NCBI GenBank assembly: GCA_002269645.1
Contig: NIVC01000016.1
Coordinates: forward strand, 744,001-808,000
DNA: 64,000 nt
Reading direction: 5' to 3'
DNA from: Macrostomum lignano
Taxonomy: Eukaryota
A program made the position numbers and the translations under genes. Below the pieces are notes generated by a model. It saw only the letters and a list, made by a program, of their open reading frames with translations. It made no database searches and was not told the origin of the DNA. Of the stretch, positions 1-11,104 are shown one piece after another; position 1 is the stretch's first letter, and every line of letters starts with the position of its first letter.

Positions 1-678
1 CTTTACTCTCTAATACGTTCTCTCACTTATCTCCTCTGTAATCTTCTCTTTCACCTCTTCTGACTCCTCTCTTTCCTTACTCCTCTCTTCTTTTCTCTTC
101 CCTCTTCTATACTCTCTCTCTCCTCTATTATCTTCTCTCGTCTCTCTGCACTCTCCTCTCACCTTTTTCATCTCTCATCTTTACTCTCTCATCTCTCCTT
201 TCATTTGTCTAATCTCTACAATCTCATCTCTCCTTTCTCCCCTCTTCTTACACCCCTCTCTTATCTCTATCTCTTCTCTTCTCACTCCTCTCTTCCCCTC
301 TTATCTCCTCTCTTCTCTATCCTTTCTACTCTCTCCTCTCCTCTTGACCCTCTGTCATCTTCTTTCTGCTCTCTCATCTCTACTCTCTTCTCACTCTTCT
401 TTACTCTCCTCTCATTGATCCTCTGTCTCATCTCTCCCCTCTTCTCACCTTTACTCTTTCCTCTCCCTCCTTTCTCCCCTCCTCTCGCTTCTTCCTCCCT
501 TCTTTTCTGCTCTCTCCTCACCACTTGTCTCTCCTCTTATCTTCCATGTTTTCTCTAATCCCCCTCTCGCCTCTCCTCTCTTCTAATAGTCTATTCCTTC
601 TCCTTTCCACTCTCATCTGGCCCGCACATGAGCTGGATTCTTTATCTGGCTTTTGAAGTAAAAGTCTGCCGATCACTG
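1..678 (-). mobile_element. Partial hAT-like MITE with internal CT/GA-rich low-complexity body (only one end in window)
   Basis: The reverse complement of 616-678 (CAGTGATCGGCAGACTTTTAC...AAAGCCAGATAAAGAATCC...TGCGGGCCAG) aligns with the left end of the element at 61909 (CAGGGGTCGGCCAACTTCTTAC...AAGGGCCAGATAGGGAACC...TGCGGGCCAG). Both are followed by purine-rich low complexity. Confidence 0.5.
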
Positions 679-1069
679 CTTCGAAAGCCAGTTTGTGGGA
701 CGTACTACTCTCATCGTTATTCACATGCTTTGATCACGTCATCTTTCTTGCCAATTTGCAGCCCTGAAAGGAATTTGTGTAATCTTCAGCTCCACTGCAG
801 TCTGGACTCTGGATCAGTCTAACAACCAAGGAAATACGCATTTCTTAGGAGGCCATTTAAAATTTACACACTACCTTTAAAAGAAACCTAAAATTTCCAT
901 GGTGTGGCTAATTTAGTAGGGTTGTATTGCACTGCATTGCCTTTTCATAAATCTTTCGCTTTTACAAACCATGCTGGATTCCCTCGATTTGCCAATTGCC
1001 ATCCACTGTTAAACTGCTGCAGAGTTTGCCAATACAGAGGGGAGGGCAGTGGTTAGAATTTCTCACTAA

Positions 1070-1830
1070 ACTGTTATGGCTAAACGTAGCCTCTCCACTC
1101 TCGGGGTGCGAGAAGGCTATAAATAAAGTTATTCCAAAACACTCTACATTTGCTATGTACATTCAGTCCTATTGCCTGACCCTTCGTCTGGCTCTGGGGG
1201 GAATGAGTGGAGTGAGTGAGTGGCACAAACAACAGAAAAAGCAGACAAACTTCACATGCTTACAGTTTCTTTTTCGGTTGAGTTACAGAGTTGAAACTTT
1301 ACATTTAGACAGAGAATGGGTCAATGAAGAATTGTGTCAAGTTTGAAGTCAATCGTTTTACGTGGAGCAAACTTATGGCAGCTGAAAGTTAGTCAATTTT
1401 GAAACCCAGATCGGGAAAGAGAGGCAGGCAGGCGGAGGTTGGGGTGGCTGTCTCGCTGAAAAAAAACAGCCTAACTTTAAAAGTGCACAGCGCCGTTCAG
1501 GATTAACTTTGAGATTTAAAATTTTACACGATTGTGTCAAAATAGTTAAAAATTGCCTGTGTCAAATTTGAAGAGAATCGGTAGAAGTGGAGCGGCGCTA
1601 TGGAGGATTTAGTAAAAAAATCGCGCATTTTGAGCAGTTTTTTGTACTTTTAGGTAGGAAGACTTGAGTCTAGGAAATTTAAAGGTAGCCTAAGACATTC
1701 TCCGTAGTAAGTTTAGGGTGGGTATAAAATTTGGTGTCATTTGGTTGAGCAGTTTGGGAGTCCATAGCGATCAAAATTGTCCACACACAGACACACACAC
1801 AGAGTTTTGATTTTTATATGTAGAGATTAA
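1070..1830. mobile_element. Possible Helentron-associated (HINE/DINE-like) non-autonomous element
   Basis: There is a hairpin near 1087-1119 (TAGCCT...AAGGCTA), repeated (C)AAATTTG..AATCG motifs at about 1337, 1558 and 1728, and an ACACACAGACACACACAC microsatellite followed by TTTTTATATGTAGAG at the end. The family call rests on resemblance only. Confidence 0.35.
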
Positions 1831-2588
1831 AAAAAGACTAATATATAAACTAGTTTTATAAACTGTATAGTACATATAACTATGGTCTAATTATATTTGA
1901 CCACAAATCTACATGTATCTTTTTAAAAGCAAATAAGTTGCATTGTTGTTTGTTTCTTTTAAAACACCCTTTTGTATTCTGCATCATAAATAGTATGCAA
2001 GTACAAAGCTAATAAAAAATGCTAAGCTATCAACACATAAAATCAAGCCTAAACTCTATTTACCAACTTTAGAAGTTTAGTTAGTTAAAATTCATTATGA
2101 AAATATAAGATACAGGGAAAATATTGAGTAGTCCCTGATAGGATAATTATTTAAAAGGTATTTTTTCAGTTACTGTGTAAATAACACTGGCAATATTTAC
2201 ATGGTAGGCCCTACTGTGCAAATAAATAACAACTGCTATTATAAATACCATTACCACTATGTCCTTAATATTAAAATAAATGGTTTACTTGGATTGCTTT
2301 GCTAAAGTCAAAATATCAAAGAGAAGTCAAAGAGAAATAGCAATAGCTTAGAGTAAAGCATTTTATTATTAGATTTCAAATTGTAAGATATTGAATTATA
2401 CTTAAAAAAAATATTAGACTTATCACTTAGTCTTAGACTGCTGCCTAGCTAACATTAACAACTAATGAAAAAATCTATTTGTTCAGTCCCCAATCAGTTT
2501 GTCATTACTCATAATCTGCCATTTTGTCATCTTAATAATTTAGCATTTTTACTAACTGAAGACCAGAAGAGCGTCACAAAAGCAGTTT

Positions 2589-3192
2589 GATCGTGTGTAC
2601 TCCAGACTTCGGATTGTATACATGTACGCCGGAAAATTCCGGCGTACAGAGGGACCTAGATTACACATTGGCGTACAACTTGGCGTACAAAGGCGCCTGG
2701 CGTGCCCTCTTGGCGTACAGCTTGGCGTATAGAGATTGCCGAGACCAGCAGGTGGGACCAAAAGTTCCGAGTCCCAACAATCAATCTACATAATTAGCAT
2801 ACAAAAATGATTAAGTTTGCATTTGGCATAGTTTCCATGTACATAGTTACAGTAAATATACAGTAGCTAAATTTTGATCAGAAAGAATGGCTGGCCCTTT
2901 ACGAAAAAAACGGAAAACTAAATTTAAAAAACCGGGCTTAACTTTTCCAAGAAAGTAAAAGTAAAACGAAATTAGTTAAAATGAACTAGTTCTCTACAGT
3001 TTAGTAAAAAGATTTTCAGTTTTAACTCATAGGTTGAATAAATATTAAAATTGTGCAAGCTTTTAATATTAGTTGTAGTTTGTAATTTCTATTTTGGCGT
3101 ATTTTTGTATGCGATAAAAAGTTCGTTGGCGTACATTGGCGTGCATGAGCTACGGAAGCAATTTTCGTTCCGGCGTACAGCGGTACACGATC
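2589..3192. mobile_element. Putative MITE with imperfect TIRs and TTGGCGTACA subterminal repeats
   Basis: The ends GATCGTGT(GT)AC and GTACACGATC are inverted. Inner TGTACGCCGGAA (about 2623) and TTCCGGCGTACA (about 3168) are also inverted. GGCGTACA occurs in multiple copies near both ends. No TSD was identified. Confidence 0.4.
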
Positions 3193-4819
3193 CTGACCCT
3201 GGTGTGTACTGTGTACATTGTTATCAAATATCAATATCTACCTTATAAAACATTGTCATTCACCATTCTATTAATTGGTTTATGAAAAAGTAGGAATCCA
3301 GCTATTGGCAAAATTTATTCACAAACAAAATAGTTTGCTCCTGGTCACTTTTTTCTTCGGACTCTGAACCTGACCCAACGTCCATTTCGCTTTCGCGAAT
3401 TGGCCAGCCAACAATTAGTTTGAATCAAATAGTGGAATTTCTTGAAAACAAGATCTTACTAAACAAAGTAATGTAAACAATCTAATATTAAAAATCTAAA
3501 GCTGATTTATGCAAAAGTTTATTAGAGGTCGGAAAAATATTTAGAATTAAAATAAATCATTAACCGTTGAATAAAGAAGCCTTAAGGGCGATGTTGGGTT
3601 GATTGTTGATTGATGATGCAATCAAAAGGGACTGGGATTGCAATATCAATATCATATAAGCCTAACCATAACTGTGCAATGTGCCTTGTATGGTAGGCGT
3701 ATGCACTGTTAATCGAAGGCCAAAGGCTATCGAAGTAACTCCTAAACATGCGCCTTTAAAAGAAAAAGAGTCTATTTTTATAGGCATGAACCATAGCATA
3801 GGCCAGTAGGCAGTAGGCCTAACCCTTTTTGCTCTAGCTCTAGGCCTCTAGCCTCTAGTCTAGACTATGGATGGGGCAGCACAATAGCTAGGCCTGCCTA
3901 TAATACCTAGTCCTGACTCCTAATGCTATTAATTGTCAAGACTCAAGTATATTTAGTAGGCCTACTAGGGCAAACAAAAAACTAATATAGGCCTTAATTG
4001 CATGTTCTAGTTTAATTAAGCCTAGCTGCCTAGGCCCTGGCCTAGGGGCTAGGGCTAGGGCCTTTACCTGTATTAGAATTTACTTAGGGCCTGCCTACCA
4101 GGTCTATGTCTACAAGTAATAAGTAGGCCTAGGCCTAGTCTGATTATGAAATGACATAGCAATAGCTATATTTATAAGCTAGTAAATGATAGACTAAATT
4201 TAAAGGGGCCTAGGCCCTAGGCCTAGTTTTATAGCTAGGCCTAAATAATTGGGTTGATAAGGCCTAGGCCTTATAAATAATAAATAAATTTTTTTAAATA
4301 AATTTATTCTAGGCCTTATCTACTTTCATCTTAGCAGTATAGCCTAGTTGCTTTTATCTATGGGCCCTATCTGACCCCTGAATTAAAGGTGATATTAATT
4401 AGGCCTAATTACTTTAAATTTAACAATGAAGATCTAACTAGGGGGGCCTAATCTAACCAGGCCTATCTAGATTATAGCATATTTTCTTATATATAGACAA
4501 TATACTAATCCTTGTCTAATTGATTGTTAGGCCTAGGCATAATGATTTTCAGTTTGCCTTATTTATATTATAACTATATTATATTATAAATTGTTGGATT
4601 AGGGCCTAGGCCTTATAAATAAAAAATAATTTTTTAAAATAAATAACAATATTATAATGGCTATATAGTAGGGCCTAGGCCCTATACAAGGCCAACTCCT
4701 CCATTGGCAGAGTAAGGGGATAGAACTCCTATTGCCAGAATTTCATTCCCTGAAATCCATCAGCTGAATCCAATGACATGAATCCCATTATCCAAATCCT
4801 CTATTAACCTTTCAATAAC

Positions 4820-6270
4820 CATGTTGTTTTATCTGTTTGCAAAAATTGATTGCCTGCCATCATCTAGACTAAGACTCTTATCTATCTCTTCTCTCCTCTT
4901 TGCTCTCTCATCTCTCATCTCTACTCTCTTCTTTCTCCTCATTACTTTTTCCTCTCTACTTTTTCCTCTCTCTTCTTTTTTATCTCCTCTCTGCTCTCTC
5001 ATCTCTCTACTTTCTCTCCTCTCCTCTCTCCCTTATCCTCTTGCTTTTCTCTCCTCATCTCTACTCATTTATTTCTTCTCTCTCGTCTTTCAGCTCTACT
5101 CCCTCTGTCTCCTGTTTCTCCTCTCTTACCCCCTCTCCCCTCTCTTCTCAATTCTCTCATCTCTTCTCTTGCCTTTATTCTCTTTTTTCTCTAATCTATC
5201 CCTTTTAATTCTCTCTTTTCATATTCTCTTTCATCTAATCTTTTATCTACTCTTTCCTTTTCTCTTTTCTTTATTCCCTTTCATTTAGCCATTTTATCCT
5301 CTCTATGAAGCAGATATCATCAAAATCCTCTCTATTAAATTATAATCCAGCATGTACTATCTCCTTCAATCTATAATCCATCAATTAAAAAAATATTATC
5401 TCTCTCAAATTTCAATCAATCAAGACTATGAAACTGAAATCTATAAAAATATGCTTTTTACTTGTCTGGGTATATGTCTAAAATCTTCTAAATCTTCCAA
5501 ATCCTCCATAAAACCTCTGAAATATCATAGCATGTTTTCCCTGTTTACAAAAATTGACTGCTTTTGTCCAGGCTGAGACTCTCTCCTGTCTCCTCTCTCC
5601 TCTTTGCTCTTTTATCTAATCTCTTCTCTGCTCTTTGCTCTTATCTCCTCTCTCATCTCTGCATTCTCATCTCTATTTTCTCATCTCTATTCTCTCATCT
5701 TTCCCTTTGCTCTCTCATTTCTTTTCTCATCTCTCTCCTCTCTCCCTTCTCTTCTAGCCTCTTTCTCTCTCTTCTTCTCTCTTATCTCTTCTCTCCTGTC
5801 TTCTCTTTATTCTCTTTTATCTCTTCTCTTCTCTCATCTCTCATCTCTCATCTCTACTCGCTTATCTATTGCTTCTCTTTTCTCTCGCTTCTCTTTTCTC
5901 TCTTGTCTCTCCTCTTTGCTCTCATTTCTCATACTCCTATTTTCTCTCTTACCCTCTTCTTTTTCATCTCTCATCTTTCCCCTCTTCTCTCTACCGTCTC
6001 TTGTCTCATCTTTCCTGTCTCTTCTCTCTCTCTGTATTCTCTTATCCCTCTTCTCTCTTCCCATCTTTCCTCCCTCCTTTGCTCTCTCATTTTTCCTCTT
6101 TCCCCTCCTTTTTTCCCTCTATATTCTCTTCTCTTTGCTCCTCCTCTTCATTATTCCTGCGTCACTCTTCTCTTCTCTCCCCTTGGTCATCTTTAATCTC
6201 TTATCTCTCATATCTACTGTCTTTTCTATCATCTCTTTATCCTCTCTTCTTGAAATCTTCTTGAAATAGG
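4820..6270. repeat. Two tandem blocks of CT-rich low-complexity sequence
   Basis: Each block begins with a similar head (CATGTT..TT...TGTTT.CAAAAATTGA.TGC at about 4820 and 5531) followed by degenerate CTCT sequence. The Leu/Ser ORFs here are compositional artefacts. Confidence 0.85.
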
Positions 6271-6855
6271 CCCTGTATTTATCCAATTTTTTACATAACT
6301 TTACTTGTAGCAATTGTTTCCTAATAAACTGATAGTGATAGAATTGATAGGGTCAATCCTATTATTATCAGTTTTTTATGAATATAATTGATTTATAACA
6401 TGTTATATAATAATTAATATACCAATAACTATTAAGTTTCTAATTGATGGTAGAGAGAGAGGCCTAGATTGATAGAGATCCAATGTGTGGCCATCTTGGT
6501 CTTACACCAAAAGTGGAAGGTACACACTAGAATGACATTTTGGATATAAGTCCTATTATAGTCAGAAGTTAATTTGTGCCAGACTAAATGAAAAAGTGCA
6601 GCAAAAAAGTTTGCACCTTTTGATTCTTGTCTTGCATGTTAGCATCCTAATTTATTTTAGAATTATGCTAACTCTAAATGTCAGATTCTAACTCTAAATA
6701 CCTGAATTTAGCTTCTAGCTTCTAGCTTCAGCCCACCAATGCACATTAATCTTCCCTGGACTCATAAGTAAATAAATACTGATATTTTTCATATTAAAAC
6801 TGCACCCCTTCGATTGTTAACACTTGAAGTTGTGTCGCTTTTGGGCAAAACAGCT

Positions 6856-6865
6856 GTCACGTGAC
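6856..6865. promoter_or_regulatory. Perfect palindromic E-box GTCACGTGAC (CLEAR consensus) just upstream of ZFYVE1
   Basis: An exact GTCACGTGAC ends 37 nt before the ATG at 6902. This is the established MiT/TFE (TFEB) CLEAR consensus; USF/Myc-type factors also bind CACGTG. Function here is inferred. Confidence 0.45.
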
Positions 6866-6901
6866 CATGTTTATATTTCTTCAGCCCTGACAGTCGCGGA
6901 G

Positions 6902-9900
6902 ATGAGCAGCGGCCTTGACACTGGCATGGACAGCCTCAGCCTGAACGACACTCGGCCAGTTGAGAAAGACATCGCCGAGCACCCGGCCATTGAGTCCACC
7001 CTACTGATCAACTGCGACGAGGAACTGCAGTGCAGCTCGGCGGACGAACTGTGCCAGCGACTCAACTGCCGGCCGGACACGCCAGTCAAAGTCGTTTCCA
7101 TATTTGGCAAGACCGGTGACGGCAAATCGCATACGCTGAATCATGCCTTCTTCGACGGCAGGCCGGTGTTTGCCACGTCGGCCAGGCCGGAGAGCTGCAC
7201 AGTTGGGGTCTGGGCCGCGCTGGACAGTCAGAGTCGGGCTCTGGTGCTGGACACCGAGGGTCTGCAGGGAGAGACTTCTAATGAGAATCAGCGCACCCGA
7301 CTGCTGCTCAAGGTGATAAAGGAGAGAGACAGCTCACATATTTTATGATGGAGGGTAGGGGACTTAATGGACAGTTAGGGCTGGTGTAGTGGCAGATTCT
7401 ACAGTTGAGGCTGGTGTAGTGGCAGATTCTACAGTTGAGGCTGGTGTAGTGGCAGATTCTACAGTTGAGGCTGGTGTAGTGGCAGATTCTACAGTTGAGG
7501 CTGGTGTAGTGGCAGATTCTACAGTTTGGGCTGGTGTAGTGGCAGATTCTACAGTTGAGGCTGGTGTAGTGGCAGATTCTACAGTTGAGGCTGGTGTAGT
7601 GGCAGATTCTACAGTTGAGGCTGGTGTAGTGGCAGATTCTACAGTTTGGGCTGGTGTAGTGGCAGATTCTACAGTTGAGGCTGGTGTAGTGGCAGAGGCA
7701 GATTCTACAGTTAGGGCTGGTGTAGTGGCAGATTCTACAGTTAGGGCTGGTGTAGTGGCAGATTCTACAGTTGAGGCTGGTGTAGTGGCAGATTCTACAG
7801 TTGGGGCTGGTGTAGTGGCAGATTCTACAGTTGGGGCTGGTGTAGTGGCATATTCTACAGTTAGAGCTGGTGTAGTGGCAGATTCTACAGTTAGAGCTGG
7901 TGTAGTGGCAGATTCTACAGTTAGAGCTGGTGTAGTGGCAGATTCTACAGTTAGAGCTGGTGTAGTGGCAGATTTACCGAGGTGGCTGTCATTGTTAAGA
8001 TTTCCCACTCGCCGCTGCCGCAGATCCTGGCCATCAGCGACATAATCCTGTACCGCATCAAGGCCGACCGGCTGCAGAACGACATGTTCCTGTTTCTGGG
8101 GGACGCCAGCCGTTCCTACACTGAGCACTTTAAAGACGAGCTGGTCAAAGCCATTCCCAAAGAGGATTCGGGCAACATTGCGCCACTGTCGCGTTTCGGG
8201 CTTAAAGCGATCGTGTTCCACGAGACGCATCACACCGAGACTCTGGCTGGCGGCGATCAGGTATGAGCTGGCTCACTGACTGACTGACTGACTAAACCTT
8301 TGACTAAGCCTATTCTATAGTCTATATCCCAAAGCAGCATTCCTAAACCCTAACCCGAACCCATCTTAGACCCTAGCCTTAACCCTACCTTAAACTCTAA
8401 TCTAAATCATTGGCAGTCAGTAAATTGCCGTGCTCCCTGGAGACCCAATCGTTGCTAATTCGCTACAATAATTAAAGCTTCCAATTATTCTACTTAGAGT
8501 ACCGTGTTCAGTTTGCCCCACGTATAAAACACTCTTCTCGCGCAGGACTTGCGCGACAGATTCGAGCGACTGAACTCTACTGGCAAGTCGTGCGCCTACG
8601 CCAAACTGATTTACGTCGGCATTCGCAGCTCCCCCGGCCAGCCGACCAATTTCGAGCCGTTGCGCAAGCGCCTGCACCGGGCGCTGCACTCTAACGAAAT
8701 TCGCTCGCCCCGTCCCATCAGAGTCATCTACGGCATGCTGCGTGCTCTAAACGAGAAATTCTCCGGCCAGATATCCGATCTGCGTAGGAGCGTCTTCCCC
8801 GACGAGTATTTCACCTGCGGCAGCCGGTGCGTGTGCTGCCAGGCCAAGTGCACCCTCAGCATGAACCACGGCTCGGCTGGGGGTCGCGGTCACCTGGCGC
8901 CGCCGGATTCGAACTGCCGCTACACAGCCGAACGGGATAACAAAGTGTTCCTGTGCGAGACCTGCTATCTTAGAGGGCAGCGGAATGATGTGGCTTATCA
9001 GGTGTGTTGAAAATTAACAAAGCTCAGATAATGCTAGACTGCATGAGAATTAGTGCACTGCGGGGTTAGCAGATACCAGACAGTCATGAGAATTTGCGGA
9101 TTTCAGAATGGCTTGGCAAGCGGCCAAATTGTGCAGGCAATAGATCCCGAAGCCGGTTCATTTCTTTCAGCTGAGCGGCCGCGGCGAGTCTGGCCTGTTT
9201 GGCCTGGCCAAGTACGCCTGGTCCGGCTACGTGCTAGAGTGCCCCACCTGCGGCGTTATCTACCGCAGCCGGCAGCACTGGTACGGCAACGAGGATCCCG
9301 AGCGGGCCAAAGTGGTCCGCTCCGAGGTTCGCCACGTCTGGGACGACGCCGACGTTGTGCCCGGAGCTGAAGGCTCGCTGAATGCCGCTCAGCGACTGCT
9401 GGATGGCGTCAACTTTGCCGTCAGCTCCGTTAGCGCCGCCCTGCCGACGCAGGTTTGTACTGGTCTGACCGTCTGAACCCTTGCCATCTGACACTACTGA
9501 CCATCTGACAGTCCTGCCCTCACACTAGCTTTTGACCGTCTGACACCCTGGTCATCTGACACTACTGACCATCTGACAGCCCTGTCTTCTGACACTAGCT
9601 CTTGAATGTCTGACACACTGGTCATCTGACACCCTGGCCATCTGACACTACTGACCATCTGACAGCCCTGCCCTCTGACACTAGCTTTTGACCGTCTGAC
9701 ACCCTGGTCATCTGACACCTCATCATGACACACTTGACCTTTTGGCGCTCCTGACTGTCTGATACTTCTTATACACCCCTGACCATGTGTCCTCTGACCC
9801 TCTGATTTCCCAGACTGTATGAAACTACTGAAGAATTAGAATATCCCAGCACCAGACCAACTGAGATCCCTGACCATTCAATACCAATAACCGCGACTGA

Positions 9901-11104
9901 AATACCCCACTTGCCAGGTGATAACGGACTACATATCGGACAGTATCGCGCCCTCCAACTGGGTGCCAAACAGTCAGATAGAAAAGTGCCACCGCTGCGG
10001 CATGAGCTTTTTAGAAGAGCCGGACATGGACAAGCATCACTGCCGAAGCTGCGGCCAAGGTTTCTGCCACCGCTGCAGCAACTACAGGGCTCATGTCAGC
10101 GGCTACGGCTCTGATAAGGTGGGCATCACACTCCTCTTGGGTTTGCTGTTGGCCTGAGAGATGGGATCGGAATTGGGAGAGCAGATTGGATCAGAACTGG
10201 GGAGAGTAGATGGGATCATAATTGACAGATCAGATGGGATCAGAACTGGGAGATCAGATGGGATCATAATTGACAGATCAGATGGGATCAGAACTAGATG
10301 GGATCATAATTGACAGATCAGATGGGATCAGAACTGGGAGATCAGATGGGATCATAATTGACAGATCAGATGGGATCAGAACTAGATGGGATCATAATTG
10401 ACAGATCAGATGGGATCATAATTGACAGATCAGATGGGATCATAATTGACAGATCAGATGGGATCATAATTGACAGATCAGATGGGATCGTAATTGACAG
10501 ATCAGATGGGATCAGAACTGGGATAGTAGATAGGATCAGAACTGGGAGATCAGGTGGGATCAGAATTGGGAGATCAGATGTAATCAGAATTTAAAGAGCA
10601 GATGGGTTCAGAATTGGGCGAGCGGATGGGATCAGTCTGAAAATGTGATATAGCAAATAGGAATATAGCATCAGACGCTTATTAAAATAGGAGATTCTGT
10701 AAGCAGCAACTGTTTACATAAGCTTCTATATTCTGTCCGGATGTCAGGTGCGGGTATGCGAGACCTGCTACAGCAGCTCCGGCAGCGCGCCAGCCTCGGT
10801 GGTCGCTAACGACACGAAGCTGCGGCAGTACACCGAACTGCTGACCTCCGCCTGCGGCTCTGTGTACAGCAGCACCGCCGGTGCTATCAAAGGCTTCGCC
10901 AGGCCCTCCTACTGGCAGCGCGACGAGGACATCAGCCAGTGCAGCTACTGTGAAAAGCCGTTCCACAGCAAGCGGAGCATTCACCACTGCCGGCGCTGCG
11001 GCATGGGCGTCTGCGACCCCTGCTCGCCTAAGCGCCAGCCCGTGCCCGCCCGCGGCTGGGACACAGAAGTACGAGTGTGCAACAAGTGCTACCAGAAGGC
11101 CTGA
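6902..11104 (+). CDS. ZFYVE1: Zinc finger FYVE domain-containing protein 1 (DFCP1): N-terminal P-loop domain plus two FYVE domains, about 647 aa
   Basis: Exons are 6902-7312, 8024-8260, 8546-9001, 9171-9452, 9918-10118 and 10748-11104; all introns are GT-AG and phase 0. Motifs include GKTGDGKSHTLNH (P-loop), LDTEG, RTRLLLK|ILAISD, LAKYAWSGYVLECP, FYVE1 WVPN..C..C...KHHCRSCG.GFC and FYVE2 WQRD..C..C...IHHCRRCG.GVC. Confidence 0.95.
7371..7974. repeat. 30-bp minisatellite (GCTGGTGTAGTGGCAGATTCTACAGTTGAG), about 20 copies, ZFYVE1 intron 1
   Basis: Direct tandem units are visible and lie between the donor at 7313 and the acceptor at 8023. Confidence 0.95.
9480..9735. repeat. Degenerate GTCATCTGACAC(C/A)CTG repeat, ZFYVE1 intron 4
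   Basis: Repeated ATCTGACAC cores are visible in the sequence. Confidence 0.85.
10160..10625. repeat. Roughly 24-bp GATGGGATCATAATTGACAGATCA minisatellite, ZFYVE1 intron 5
   Basis: Tandem units with GATGGGATCAGAACTGGG variants. Confidence 0.9.

Noticed and set aside
205-6313. Leu/Ser-rich and Arg/Glu-rich ORFs (also 49138-49931 and 61901-63007)
   Set aside because: Products of CT/GA low-complexity DNA.
7364-8233. ATTPASTVES mucin-like and VVADSTVEAG ORFs
   Set aside because: A 30-bp minisatellite inside ZFYVE1 intron 1, whose flanking exons join cleanly.
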